A stretch of 64,000 nucleotides of DNA. Source: Anaerolineae bacterium (GTDB lineage Bacteria; Chloroflexota; Anaerolineae; Aggregatilineales; J027). The notes under the pieces were generated by a model, which saw only the letters and a list, made by a program, of their open reading frames with translations, was not told where the DNA came from and did no database searches. The position numbers and the translations under genes are program-made. How positions within the stretch are numbered: position 1 is the first letter of the stretch; every line of letters begins with the position of its first letter. Shown piece by piece: positions 54,882-64,000 of the stretch. The stretch lies in contig DAOTTU010000046.1 of assembly GCA_034437655.1 (NCBI GenBank), forward strand, positions 55,115 through 119,114, in the 5' to 3' direction.

Positions 54882-57497
54882 ATGAATATTCCTGAAAGCA
54901 TTCGCGCAGTTCGCATTTTTATCTACAGCCAAGACCCGCACCTTGTTGCCCTGCTTAACAACATCCTGTCGGGCGCAGGGTATCAATCACGCACTGTAGA
55001 AACCTTATCGTCTGCAAGCCAACACTACACCGCACATCATTTTGACCTGGGGCTGATTGATTTACGTCAAACAACTCATGAAGTCAAACACCTGTTAAAC
55101 GGCACCTCAAGTGCGGGCGATGTATATCAGTTCCCGTGGATTGCACTGGTTAGCAAAACACACAAGACCTCTGAAATTCCACCGGGGGCACGTGGTGTGA
55201 TAACGCTACCCATCGGTGCCAGGGAGCTACTCAACCAGGTAGCCGCAACCATTGAGCGCCTGGAAGACCGCCCGGTGGTGCAGGCACCGCATAATGAATT
55301 AACGTCAGATGACGACATGTATGAGATGTTTGCACGCAATGTTCTGGAACAAAAAACCCTTTCCGACATTGCGCAGACACTTAACAGCACCCTTGATTTG
55401 AATACTGTCCTGACCAAAGTTGTTGATGCTGCCACAACCCTGACCCCGGCTGAAGAAGGGTTATTGTTGCTCCCCGACGAGACAGGCAACACACTCTATA
55501 TCCGTGCCGAAAAAGGGATTGACCACGAGACGGCCCGCCAGTTCCGCATTCGGACGCGCGATACACTGGCCGGGCAAGTCTTCAAAACAGGCCGCCCGGT
55601 GCTGATTGATGACCCTAACTGGCGTGAACTGAAATCGGCCTATTTTGTGCGGTCATTGCTGTATGTACCGCTGCGGGTAAAAGATCAGGTTATTGGTGTG
55701 CTTGGTGTCAATAATCGCACCTCTGAACAAACATTCAGTAAACATGACCTTATTCTGCTTGAAGACCTTGCCTCGCATGCGGCTATCGCAATTGAAAATG
55801 CACGGCTCTATGGTGAATCAGTGGCACGTTCACACGAATTGCAGGTGCTGGTCAATGCCAGTCAGGCAGTCAATTCAACACTGGCACTTGATGGTGTTCT
55901 CAATATGATTGCAGAACAGTTGACCAATACCTTGAATGTGCCCTGGTGCGAAATCAGCCGCTGGACGCCTGAAACGCGACATCTTCAAATCCTGGCTAGC
56001 CAACGACAGGTGCATTGGGACACCTGGGAAACCCCAACGCTATCCCTTGCAGAGGCCGAGCTTTTTTTGCAAGCGCTAGACGAAGATAAGCCGCTGCAAA
56101 TTCAGCATGATTATTTCAATCTTGGTGAGCGCTACACCGCGTGGCTGGTCCCTATTTATGTCAACCAACAACCGCTGGGTCTGCTTGAACTGATTTATCA
56201 TCAGCATCCTGCCCCTGAATTCCTCAGTCATGTTGAACACTTTCGCCAGATGGGGCTGGCAGTCGCTATCGGAATTGATTCACGCCAGGAGAATGATCGC
56301 CAACAGTCACTCGAAATACTCAATGATATCTTGAAGCAAAGCAAGGCCAGCACTTGCCGCCTATGGACACTCTCATTAAGCGAGCAACGCTTCGAACAAC
56401 ACATTGATGTCGGGTATCATACCTGGACACAAGCACCATATCCCAGCACCGATACCTCGTATGTTCCTCAACTTCTGAAAGTCATTGAGCAACGCGAAGC
56501 CCGACATATCTTTTTCACAAAAGACGAACTCAGTGATGCAGACGCAACCCTACTGCGTCATTACAATGCGCGTTCAGTGCTGCTGGTGCCGCTGGTGATT
56601 TCTAGTGAAGTGTTGGGGTTGGTTGCTTTGATTGATACCTTGCAGTCTATGGCCTACACCGAGCGCGAGGTTCGACTTATTGAAGCCCTGGCAGTGCAAG
56701 CAGCCAACGCCATTCAAAATGCGCGCCTATATTCTGACCTGGAAAAAAGCCTGGAAGAATTGCGCATGACGCAGGGCAAATTGGTCCAAACAGCCCGTAT
56801 GTCTGCAATCGGGGAATTAGCAGCCGCTGTGGCTCACCAGATCAATAATCCACTGACGACCATCATGGTAGACACACAGCTTCTCCTACAAGACAAAGCC
56901 GAAACTGACCCGGACTACGAATCGCTTGCCGCGATACTGCGTGCTGGCAAACGTGCGCATGAAGTCGTGCGGCGTCTACTCAGCATGTCGTACAAGAACA
57001 AAGATGACGAGCAGCCTGGCTTGATGGATATTAACACCACAATCAGCAACACGTTGGAATTGGTCAGCAGCCATATTGAACAGGTGGGGATTAAGTTGCA
57101 GATTGAACTTGAGGAAGGGCTCCCGGTGGCCGCCGGATTGCAGGGGCAGCTTGAAGATGTATGGCTCAACCTGCTGATGAATGCACGTGATGCTGTCAAA
57201 GACGATGAAGACCCTGTTATTGGTATTCGTTCCCATAGCGGTGATAATTGCGTAACGGTTGAGGTATGGGATAACGGCCCGGGGATACCACCTACAGTGC
57301 GTGACCAGATATTTGAGGCGTTTTTTACTACCAAATCTGTCGGGCAAGGAACCGGGCTGGGACTGCATATTTGTCGGCAAGTCGTTGAAAAATGCGGCGG
57401 ATACATTAAGATACTTGAAACAGAAACTACCGGAGCGCTGTTTCAGATTCATCTACCAACACAAATTTTGCCAGAACTAACCATAGAATCTACATGA
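54882..57497 (+). CDS. Multi-GAF sensor histidine kinase with an N-terminal atypical receiver-like domain
   Basis: Receiver-like N-terminus, GAF domains (SLLYVPL..K.QVIGVL; LAVQAANAIQNARLY), H box AVAHQINNPL, N box NLLMNARDA, DNGPGI, FFTTK..GQGTGLGL. Confidence 0.92.
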   Translation: MNIPESIRAVRIFIYSQDPHLVALLNNILSGAGYQSRTVETLSSASQHYTAHHFDLGLIDLRQTTHEVKHLLNGTSSAGDVYQFPWIALVSKTHKTSEIPPGARGVITLPIGARELLNQVAATIERLEDRPVVQAPHNELTSDDDMYEMFARNVLEQKTLSDIAQTLNSTLDLNTVLTKVVDAATTLTPAEEGLLLLPDETGNTLYIRAEKGIDHETARQFRIRTRDTLAGQVFKTGRPVLIDDPNWRELKSAYFVRSLLYVPLRVKDQVIGVLGVNNRTSEQTFSKHDLILLEDLASHAAIAIENARLYGESVARSHELQVLVNASQAVNSTLALDGVLNMIAEQLTNTLNVPWCEISRWTPETRHLQILASQRQVHWDTWETPTLSLAEAELFLQALDEDKPLQIQHDYFNLGERYTAWLVPIYVNQQPLGLLELIYHQHPAPEFLSHVEHFRQMGLAVAIGIDSRQENDRQQSLEILNDILKQSKASTCRLWTLSLSEQRFEQHIDVGYHTWTQAPYPSTDTSYVPQLLKVIEQREARHIFFTKDELSDADATLLRHYNARSVLLVPLVISSEVLGLVALIDTLQSMAYTEREVRLIEALAVQAANAIQNARLYSDLEKSLEELRMTQGKLVQTARMSAIGELAAAVAHQINNPLTTIMVDTQLLLQDKAETDPDYESLAAILRAGKRAHEVVRRLLSMSYKNKDDEQPGLMDINTTISNTLELVSSHIEQVGIKLQIELEEGLPVAAGLQGQLEDVWLNLLMNARDAVKDDEDPVIGIRSHSGDNCVTVEVWDNGPGIPPTVRDQIFEAFFTTKSVGQGTGLGLHICRQVVEKCGGYIKILETETTGALFQIHLPTQILPELTIEST

Positions 57498-57510
57498 AAG
57501 GTAATCAAAG

Positions 57511-58224
57511 ATGTCAGAAACAGGCCATATTCTGGTTGTTGACGACGAGAAAGAGGTGCTAGGAACCTTAACCCGTGCCCTGACGCGGCAAGGATATGAG
57601 GTGACGACCGCCGATTCGGGGGTGGCCTCCTTGGAGGTGCTGGATAGCAGTTCCCACGATCTCATTGTACTGGATGTCAATATGCCGCCTGGAATTAGCG
57701 GTTTTGAGGTCTGCAAACGGATTCGTACCGATCATCAATACGACCACATCCCGATCCTGTTTTTGACTGCTCGTAGCAGCACAGATGATATCATTAAAGG
57801 GCTGGATGTTGGGGGGGATGATTATGTGGTAAAGCCATTTGAACTTACCGAACTACAGGCCCGGGTGCGTGCTTTGATGCGCCGCAGCGAGCGTGATGCC
57901 TTGCGCTATAATGCGCGTATTCAAGTGGGGCGACTATTGCTTGATTCTGACACATGCAGTGTTTCCACAGGTGATGCCGCTGGCGTTCAGCTAACCTCAA
58001 CGGAGCATCGTCTACTGCGCTACTTGATGGAACACACGAACCAGGCCTTATCCCCCAACCATCTACTCGAAGCCGTCTGGGGGTACCCACCCAACACAGG
58101 TGACCCTGACCTTGTGCGCGCGCACATCCGCAATTTACGGTCTAAACTGAGTAATCTGGAAGATAAAACCCGGTTTGTGAAAACAATACATGGGGTAGGG
58201 TATATGATCAATGCGACTCCCTGA
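57511..58224 (+). CDS. OmpR/PhoB family response regulator
   Basis: VVDDE, LDVNMP, LTA, KPF; winged helix LTSTE.RLL, VWGY, VRAHIRNLRSKL, TIHGVGY. Confidence 0.94.
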   Translation: MSETGHILVVDDEKEVLGTLTRALTRQGYEVTTADSGVASLEVLDSSSHDLIVLDVNMPPGISGFEVCKRIRTDHQYDHIPILFLTARSSTDDIIKGLDVGGDDYVVKPFELTELQARVRALMRRSERDALRYNARIQVGRLLLDSDTCSVSTGDAAGVQLTSTEHRLLRYLMEHTNQALSPNHLLEAVWGYPPNTGDPDLVRAHIRNLRSKLSNLEDKTRFVKTIHGVGYMINATP

Positions 58225-58227
58225 AAA

Positions 58228-58271
58228 TTCACACAACCTTCACAGGATAAAGCGCGTCATCATGCTATACT
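58228..58271 (+). promoter_or_regulatory. TTCACA direct repeat (11-bp period) plus extended -10 upstream of the second response regulator
   Basis: TTCACA at 58228-58233 and 58239-58244; TGcTATACT at 58263-58271. Confidence 0.55.
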
Positions 58272-58331
58272 GGGGCTAACTCTGGGAGTTTAAGCGTATA
58301 ACTAACGAAACAATAGAATGGGACGAACTTG

Positions 58332-59123
58332 ATGGCGACAGTAATGATTACAGACCATGATGCAGGTACATTGGCAAAACTTCAGTCCGTGCTTGGAGAA
58401 GACGGTAATGATGTAGTGAGCCTTAATGAGCCGTCTAGCATTATCGAAACGGCAAGAACTGTCCTGCCTGATTTGCTCATTCTGGATATGGATTTTCCCA
58501 ATACGAATAGCTTGATTATCTGCAATGAATTGCGCAGTCTGCCACACTTGACCCATATCCCTATCCTGTTTCTGACAAGCCATCCGAGTGACATTGTTGA
58601 TGCGCTTGATGCAGGTGGCGATGATCTGGTTGTAAAACCAATTGACTACCATGAAGTTGCCGCCCGCGTGCGAGCATTATTGCGGCGTGCGAAGCGTGTG
58701 ACACGTTTACACTCTTTGCGTATTGATTCGGGGACGAAACAAGTGTGGGTAAATGATCAGCCTGCCACCCTGACACCCACTGAGTTCAATCTACTGGCTT
58801 ATTTGTGTGAGCATGAAACCAGCTACCATAAGGCGAAAGACCTGCTAGAATTTGTGTGGCGTTATCCGGGTGGCGCTGGTGACACCGCCTTGATTCGTAA
58901 CCATGTTCATAATCTGCGCACTAAACTCGAAAACTTGCCCAACCGCCCACAAATCATTGTCTCACTACACGGGCGCGGCTACCGCGTTAACGCCGATATT
59001 GAGTACCATACCCCACAGGGACCACGTGTGCATGACGCTGAAGATGCGTCAGGCAGTGATGACAAAACCGATGGCGATGGTATTGAACAAGAAGAACACT
59101 CTGACGTCGCAACCACCAATTAG
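58332..59123 (+). CDS. OmpR/PhoB family response regulator, paralogue with an acidic C-terminal tail
   Basis: ITDHD, LDMDFP, LTS, KPI; LTPTEFNLL, VWRY, IRNHVHNLRTKL, SLHGRGY. Confidence 0.9.
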   Translation: MATVMITDHDAGTLAKLQSVLGEDGNDVVSLNEPSSIIETARTVLPDLLILDMDFPNTNSLIICNELRSLPHLTHIPILFLTSHPSDIVDALDAGGDDLVVKPIDYHEVAARVRALLRRAKRVTRLHSLRIDSGTKQVWVNDQPATLTPTEFNLLAYLCEHETSYHKAKDLLEFVWRYPGGAGDTALIRNHVHNLRTKLENLPNRPQIIVSLHGRGYRVNADIEYHTPQGPRVHDAEDASGSDDKTDGDGIEQEEHSDVATTN

Positions 59124-59297
59124 CGCCTTGCCATCTGTTCTTGCCTGCATATTGGTGCCGCTGCATGGCTATATTGTATATTGACCACACCACATCCCCC
59201 ACGGCTATACCCCATCAGCGGTAGGGGGTTGTAGGCATTCGCTGGCGCAGTGCGTAGCCACCCTCAGTCGTTTTAAAACGCATTGCGACAACAATTC

Positions 59298-59351
59298 TCT
59301 CACAAGTTCTCACAAAAACGGACAGCCCTCCTTCGGTAGCTATGGTATTAT
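59298..59351 (+). promoter_or_regulatory. TCTCACAA direct repeat (10-bp period) plus extended -10 upstream of the tad pilin operon
   Basis: TCTCACAA at 59298-59305 and 59308-59315; TGgTATTAT at 59343-59351; GGAGG at 59359-59363. Confidence 0.55.
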
Positions 59352-59385
59352 TTTTACTGGAGGCTCTATTTGTTTATAAGGGATT

Positions 59386-60351
59386 ATGCCGATGCAAAAC
59401 CCGCTAAAAACAGTACTCAGTGTACTTGACCGCAAGCCCAATTCAGAAAAAGGCCAGAGCCTGGTAGAACTGACCTTGACGCTACCGATTTTTCTCATTA
59501 TGTTGCTGGGCCTGGCTGAAATTGGCTGGCTGGCAAATAACTATTTGACACTTGTAGACGTCACTCGTGAGGCAGGCCGTGTCGGGTCTGTGCGTGATCC
59601 ACTCGCCTGGAACAATGCCAATACCAAAAGCTATCAGGTGATGGATTGCGATGAATCCAGCACTACCTACAACAAGTATGGCAATGATGACCCCAGTATC
59701 ACTACCTGGCCGGGGAATCGTGCTGTACTGGATGGCCGTGGCTACTCAGATGGTGTAGACCCCGGTTTTGGCTACTATGACATTGTTGCCTGCAATATTG
59801 TGGTGAGTATGTTGCCGCTTGAATTTAACGACCAGGAAGACGACATCGTTATTTCGGTAATCACGTACTCTATTCTTGACCAGGATCCAGGTGCGGGGCA
59901 AAACTTGAGCGCACGTGTTACCGGTCGATTCCCCTCTAACAGCAATGAATGCCCCGGAGAACGGGACCCATTTGCCCCGGGCTTTGGGATAGACCCGAAC
60001 GATGCTGGTGTCTTCTTCGAACCGGGTAACGATAACCAACGTGGCTTTATCTTCCGAGGCAACCTTGAAGAAGATGGCTGCCTGGGGTCGCGCTTCGACA
60101 TCGCTGAAATTGAGGAATTGCTCAACCGCACGACCATTTTTGATGACACGTCCGATATCCGTAGCGAAGAAATTACACTGGTACCCAATAATGCAATGGT
60201 GCTTGTCGAAATTTCCTGGCAACACCAACAACTGCTGGGGCTGCCATTCTTCCAGTTTTTTGGAGAAGAATCGAATCTCAACGTGTGGTCGTTCTTCCCA
60301 GTTTCTGCTGCTGAACCAACCGCAACGCCTGAACCTGAACCAGGTCCTTAG
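59386..60351 (+). CDS. TadE/TadG-type minor pilin (pseudopilin)
   Basis: Class III signal motif KG/QSLVE followed by the hydrophobic helix LTLPIFLIMLLGLAEIG and REAGR. Confidence 0.85.
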   Translation: MPMQNPLKTVLSVLDRKPNSEKGQSLVELTLTLPIFLIMLLGLAEIGWLANNYLTLVDVTREAGRVGSVRDPLAWNNANTKSYQVMDCDESSTTYNKYGNDDPSITTWPGNRAVLDGRGYSDGVDPGFGYYDIVACNIVVSMLPLEFNDQEDDIVISVITYSILDQDPGAGQNLSARVTGRFPSNSNECPGERDPFAPGFGIDPNDAGVFFEPGNDNQRGFIFRGNLEEDGCLGSRFDIAEIEELLNRTTIFDDTSDIRSEEITLVPNNAMVLVEISWQHQQLLGLPFFQFFGEESNLNVWSFFPVSAAEPTATPEPEPGP

Positions 60352-60373
60352 TTTGTAGAGGTAAGCAAAACCG

Positions 60374-62542
60374 ATGAAAAATTTGATGAAGCACCTGCGG
60401 AGGCGTTTTCGTAAAGATCAGGCTGGGCAATCTATTATCCTGCTGGCCTTTGCCTTTATCGCCCTCGCGGCTTTCGTAGGACTGGTAACCGACATCTCGG
60501 TACTCTTTGTCCGTTACAGCAGCTTGAGCCGCACCATTGACTCGGCGGCTGTGGCGGCTGCCGGGCAAATCCGCGAAGGCACTGACTATGGTACTGTGGC
60601 GCTCACGGCCAAGCAGTTTATTCAATTGCATGGACTTGAGCCATCGAGAGTATGGGTTGAAACCTGTGAAACCGATATTCTCGGCTGGCGTAGCGGCACA
60701 GGTGTTTTCGAAGGGCAAGGCGCGAACCCCGAGTCTGCGGACCCACCCGGCTCTCGGATTTCGGACGTCATGCCTGAAACTGAATTGTGTGACTGGGACA
60801 CCCCGCGCAAGCTGGTGCGTGTTCGCGCCCAAATTGACTCGGAAACCTTCTTCTTGCGATTAATTGGGATTGATACCCTGACGCTTGAAGCCTCGGCCGT
60901 GTCAGAAACGGCTGTGCTAGACATTGCCCTCGTACTGGACACATCCCAGTCGATGTCCGTTTCCACAACCAACGCGATGTACGACTCCGCCTGGAGCGGT
61001 ACCACCTATCCGCGTAACAGTCGTATTGAGTGTTTTGGTGATGTTGCCAATCCAGACGAAAACCTATATCGTTACGGCCCGTGTTGTAACGATCCGGGCA
61101 ATGGGATCGTTGAACTGAACGAGAGTTTGGGTACGTGGGAAATTACTGGATTAAACAACGCTGCACCAGACAACAACTACTCTGACTTAATCTGCCATCC
61201 GTTCCGTGATGTGAAAGACGCAGCGCGTAACTTTATCATCTCGCTGGACTTCGTGCGTGGTGACCGCGTGAGCCTCGTTACATTCGACAGTGAGGCCGTT
61301 ATCGTAGAGCCGAAAAATGGTAGTTCAGACATTGTAATGATGGCCAACGAACTCAATGCAGTGCAAACGCTCGATGAACGTGTCGCCGTCAACCCACAGG
61401 GCTTTATCAATGGGGTACCGACTGCACGCAAGACACAAAACATTCTGGAATGGGGTGACTGCCTTGCGTTCGACCAGGCATTTGAGGACTGGGTTTTTGA
61501 TCCAGGAACGGTTATTCCTCCGTCCACAGAACCCTCTGAGCCATTTGCAGTCGATAATACCGATGTTAACCCATTGGGACTGCGACCCGCCTCCTATGAA
61601 TCGATCGCACCCTGTCCGGACACCAACATTGGTGGCGGTATTCGTGCTGCGAATGACGCTTTGACGAACCTCAACACGATTCGTCGCGATGCGGTGTGGG
61701 TTATCATTCTACTAACAGACGGTGCGGCCAACCGCACTGACCCCGTGCCTGAGATTGACTTTCCAAACTATGGCTATGCAGGCTTCTGCCCGTGGTATAC
61801 CTTCTGTGACCCCGAAGCCTTAGATCATCCGAATAAGTCATACTACAATTCGTCCGGGTTTGCTTTCTGGTCAGAAATCAGTAGCAATCCATCCGGGTAT
61901 GTTCCGCTGTTCTCACAATTACCAGATACAGTTCCCCCGGCAGATTCCGGCACCGACTTGCGTCCTGAATGCCCGGACACACCACCTAACGACAGAACGC
62001 AGGGGCGTTCTCGTCCTTTCTGCAATGACAATAATCCGGGCTCGCGCCATTTTTGCCTGGAATGGACTGGCGACCCTGCCACCAACGGTCGCCCTGACTT
62101 GAGTAACCCTGTCTGCTTAAATTCCTACGATGCAGACGACTATGCACGTGACTGGGCAGACTTTGCCGGTCTAATCAATGTGGCGCCCAATGTTCCGGGT
62201 AACTTCATCACTATATTTACGATTGGTTTTGGTGAAGACTTGATCACGAGCGGGCCCAACGAACCCACCTCTACCAGTGCGCCGTTGCTGCGTTACATTG
62301 CGGATGCTGGTGACAATGGGTTTATCGACACCGACTTGCAACAAGACTGGCGCGACGACACATTCAACAATGGTTCTGTGCCTGCACAAGCCCTTGGTGA
62401 CCCGGACCCGTGCGAAGCCTTTTCGGCACCCGGTCAAGAAGACGAGCAATGCGGCAATTACTTCTATGCGGACAGCCCGCGCAGTATTGATGCGGTGTTT
62501 GAAGCAATCGCTAGCCGACTCTTTACTCGTATCGCACGCTAA
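60374..62542 (+). CDS. TadG-like pilin with a vWA (MIDAS) domain, Cys-rich
   Basis: AG/QSII signal, LVTD, D.AA.AAA Tad motif, MIDAS LVLDTSQSM, IILLTDG, FTIGFG; 16 Cys counted. Confidence 0.85.
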   Translation: MKNLMKHLRRRFRKDQAGQSIILLAFAFIALAAFVGLVTDISVLFVRYSSLSRTIDSAAVAAAGQIREGTDYGTVALTAKQFIQLHGLEPSRVWVETCETDILGWRSGTGVFEGQGANPESADPPGSRISDVMPETELCDWDTPRKLVRVRAQIDSETFFLRLIGIDTLTLEASAVSETAVLDIALVLDTSQSMSVSTTNAMYDSAWSGTTYPRNSRIECFGDVANPDENLYRYGPCCNDPGNGIVELNESLGTWEITGLNNAAPDNNYSDLICHPFRDVKDAARNFIISLDFVRGDRVSLVTFDSEAVIVEPKNGSSDIVMMANELNAVQTLDERVAVNPQGFINGVPTARKTQNILEWGDCLAFDQAFEDWVFDPGTVIPPSTEPSEPFAVDNTDVNPLGLRPASYESIAPCPDTNIGGGIRAANDALTNLNTIRRDAVWVIILLTDGAANRTDPVPEIDFPNYGYAGFCPWYTFCDPEALDHPNKSYYNSSGFAFWSEISSNPSGYVPLFSQLPDTVPPADSGTDLRPECPDTPPNDRTQGRSRPFCNDNNPGSRHFCLEWTGDPATNGRPDLSNPVCLNSYDADDYARDWADFAGLINVAPNVPGNFITIFTIGFGEDLITSGPNEPTSTSAPLLRYIADAGDNGFIDTDLQQDWRDDTFNNGSVPAQALGDPDPCEAFSAPGQEDEQCGNYFYADSPRSIDAVFEAIASRLFTRIAR

Positions 62543-62566
62543 AGACAATTTGTAAGGGAGACTTAC

Positions 62567-64000
62567 ATGCAACAACAACATGAAGTGAGAGGGAAAGGTC
62601 GGCGCGGGCAGACAATGGTCGAGTTTGCGCTGACACTCCCGATCGTCTTATTGCTGACCTTCGGCGTCATCGAGTTTGGTCGGTTGTTCCAGGCGTGGGT
62701 GACACTACAAAACTCAGCGCGTACAGCCGTTCGCTATGGCGTGACGGGTAACTGGGACGTTGATTCAGTCGCCAAGCACACCGAACGCACACCAAATCCG
62801 GGTATCCTTGATGAATGGGTGCCCTGTACTGAAGGAACAGATGTCCTTTTCCAGAGCCACTGGGGGTTTGACTGTGAACCCAGCGACCTCGACCACCAGG
62901 GCTTGCGCAACGACCTCGCCCGCCTGCCAAGTATTGTCGAAGAAGCACGACGTGGCGCGGCAGGGTTGAACCTCAATGACGGTGACAATATCGTCGGCCT
63001 TGAACGCGCACCCGGTCAAGATATGAACTCAGAGCCTCCGGGCGCGGAAACTGAGCCGGGGTGGTTCCATGTCTATGTTTGTAGTGGTCGCGCTGAAATT
63101 TCGAACGCAGAAGAGCGCCGCTATCGAATGACTGAGGACGACAAAGACAATCGTCTGTGTCACCTCAATGCAGATGCAGAGTACCCGAACCCGCCGCCGG
63201 GTACCAACCAGTATGACGCAGGTGGCCCCGGCGAACTGATTGAAGTGATCGTCTGGTACAATGCCCCATTGATTACGCCGCTCAGCAGTATGTTGGGGTG
63301 GACTGGTCTGGATGGCTATGTGCAGATGCGTGCCCGCCGTGTTGGTGTGAACGAATCGTTCCGTAACACACGCGCTGTGAATCTGCCACCCGTGTTGGAC
63401 TTACCGACGTTTACACCATCCAATACACCTGACCCCAACGAACCATCGCCGTTCCCATCTAACACGCCGTTCCCAACCGCAGAACTACCAACGGCAACAT
63501 CCACGGACCTGCCACCGACTGAGACGCCTAATTGTGTGAACTTGTCTGTTGTCGACTATGAATTGTTTGGCGCAAGCCTGCGTATCCGTGTACGCAACGA
63601 CAACCCGGCATCGGTCTTCATCACAGGTGCGGTTGTCGGCTGGGCGCAGCCTATCACTGGTGCTATGTACCCTGACCGTGCGCGTATCGTTTCTGGCGGT
63701 CGTGAGTCACACTGGCGTTATGATGGTGACCTTGACTTCACACCCCCCACCAACATCGGTGTGCAGGGTTCTGACGGTAATTGGCTGGAAGTGCCGACTT
63801 TTAACCGCGAATTCTTTGGTGGTGGCACGCTAACATGGTGGAGCGTCAGCTTCCAGAATGGTCCAAGCAATTTGGCTGACCCCGACAGCGGTTTGACCAT
63901 CAACGACTTCCACGAAACACGCCTATACTTCGAAGATGGCGGTCGTTGTGAGCTGGACCCGGGTATTCCCCCACCAGAAAACACACCCGTTCCATCCGAC
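62567..64000 (+). CDS. Large TadE-like pilin/adhesin (3'-truncated by the window edge)
   Basis: ATG 62567 with a GGGAG SD; MQQQHEVRGKGRRG/QTMVEFALTLPIVLLL..GVIEFG. Frame translated by hand is open for 478 codons to the window end and includes a PT-rich linker. Not in the ORF track. Confidence 0.85.
   Translation, partial: MQQQHEVRGKGRRGQTMVEFALTLPIVLLLTFGVIEFGRLFQAWVTLQNSARTAVRYGVTGNWDVDSVAKHTERTPNPGILDEWVPCTEGTDVLFQSHWGFDCEPSDLDHQGLRNDLARLPSIVEEARRGAAGLNLNDGDNIVGLERAPGQDMNSEPPGAETEPGWFHVYVCSGRAEISNAEERRYRMTEDDKDNRLCHLNADAEYPNPPPGTNQYDAGGPGELIEVIVWYNAPLITPLSSMLGWTGLDGYVQMRARRVGVNESFRNTRAVNLPPVLDLPTFTPSNTPDPNEPSPFPSNTPFPTAELPTATSTDLPPTETPNCVNLSVVDYELFGASLRIRVRNDNPASVFITGAVVGWAQPITGAMYPDRARIVSGGRESHWRYDGDLDFTPPTNIGVQGSDGNWLEVPTFNREFFGGGTLTWWSVSFQNGPSNLADPDSGLTINDFHETRLYFEDGGRCELDPGIPPPENTPVPSD

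Noticed and set aside
1-64000. CRISPR arrays, IS elements, rRNA
   Set aside because: No regularly spaced repeats, transposase motifs or rRNA-like tracts were seen; the repeats found are within proteins (Ig-like, toast-rack, propeller, PT linkers).

Overview
A 64-kb chromosomal segment, probably from a Chloroflexota (Anaerolineae-like) bacterium; this is inferred from gene content and protein styles, not from a marker gene. It holds about 56 protein-coding genes: housekeeping genes (pheT 3' end, nfi, thyX, sbcC, glmS, greA, lysS, upp, dnaX, ybaB, yggS/yggT/yggU/pgeF), envelope genes, two-component genes and the start of a tad minor-pilin locus. It also holds one tRNA(CAT) and a glmS ribozyme. 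No CRISPR array, integrase, transposase or prophage is visible. The most interesting items are: (i) a glmS ribozyme with a 55-nt two-hairpin insertion in its core; (ii) a five-gene DUF2089 / DUF4097 / GNAT / GT39 / small-protein operon in which three proteins share one SHOCT-like hairpin, under a near-consensus promoter with palindromic operators; (iii) several intact but catalytically eroded enzyme homologues (PyrD/PyrK-like pair, TrpC-like, PP2C-like, His-less histidine kinase, 5'-nucleotidase-like); (iv) a probable uORF/terminator attenuator ahead of an ABC-F gene; (v) phased TCACA direct repeats shared by the promoters of a response regulator and the tad operon. All assignments come from manual motif reading; no database search was run.
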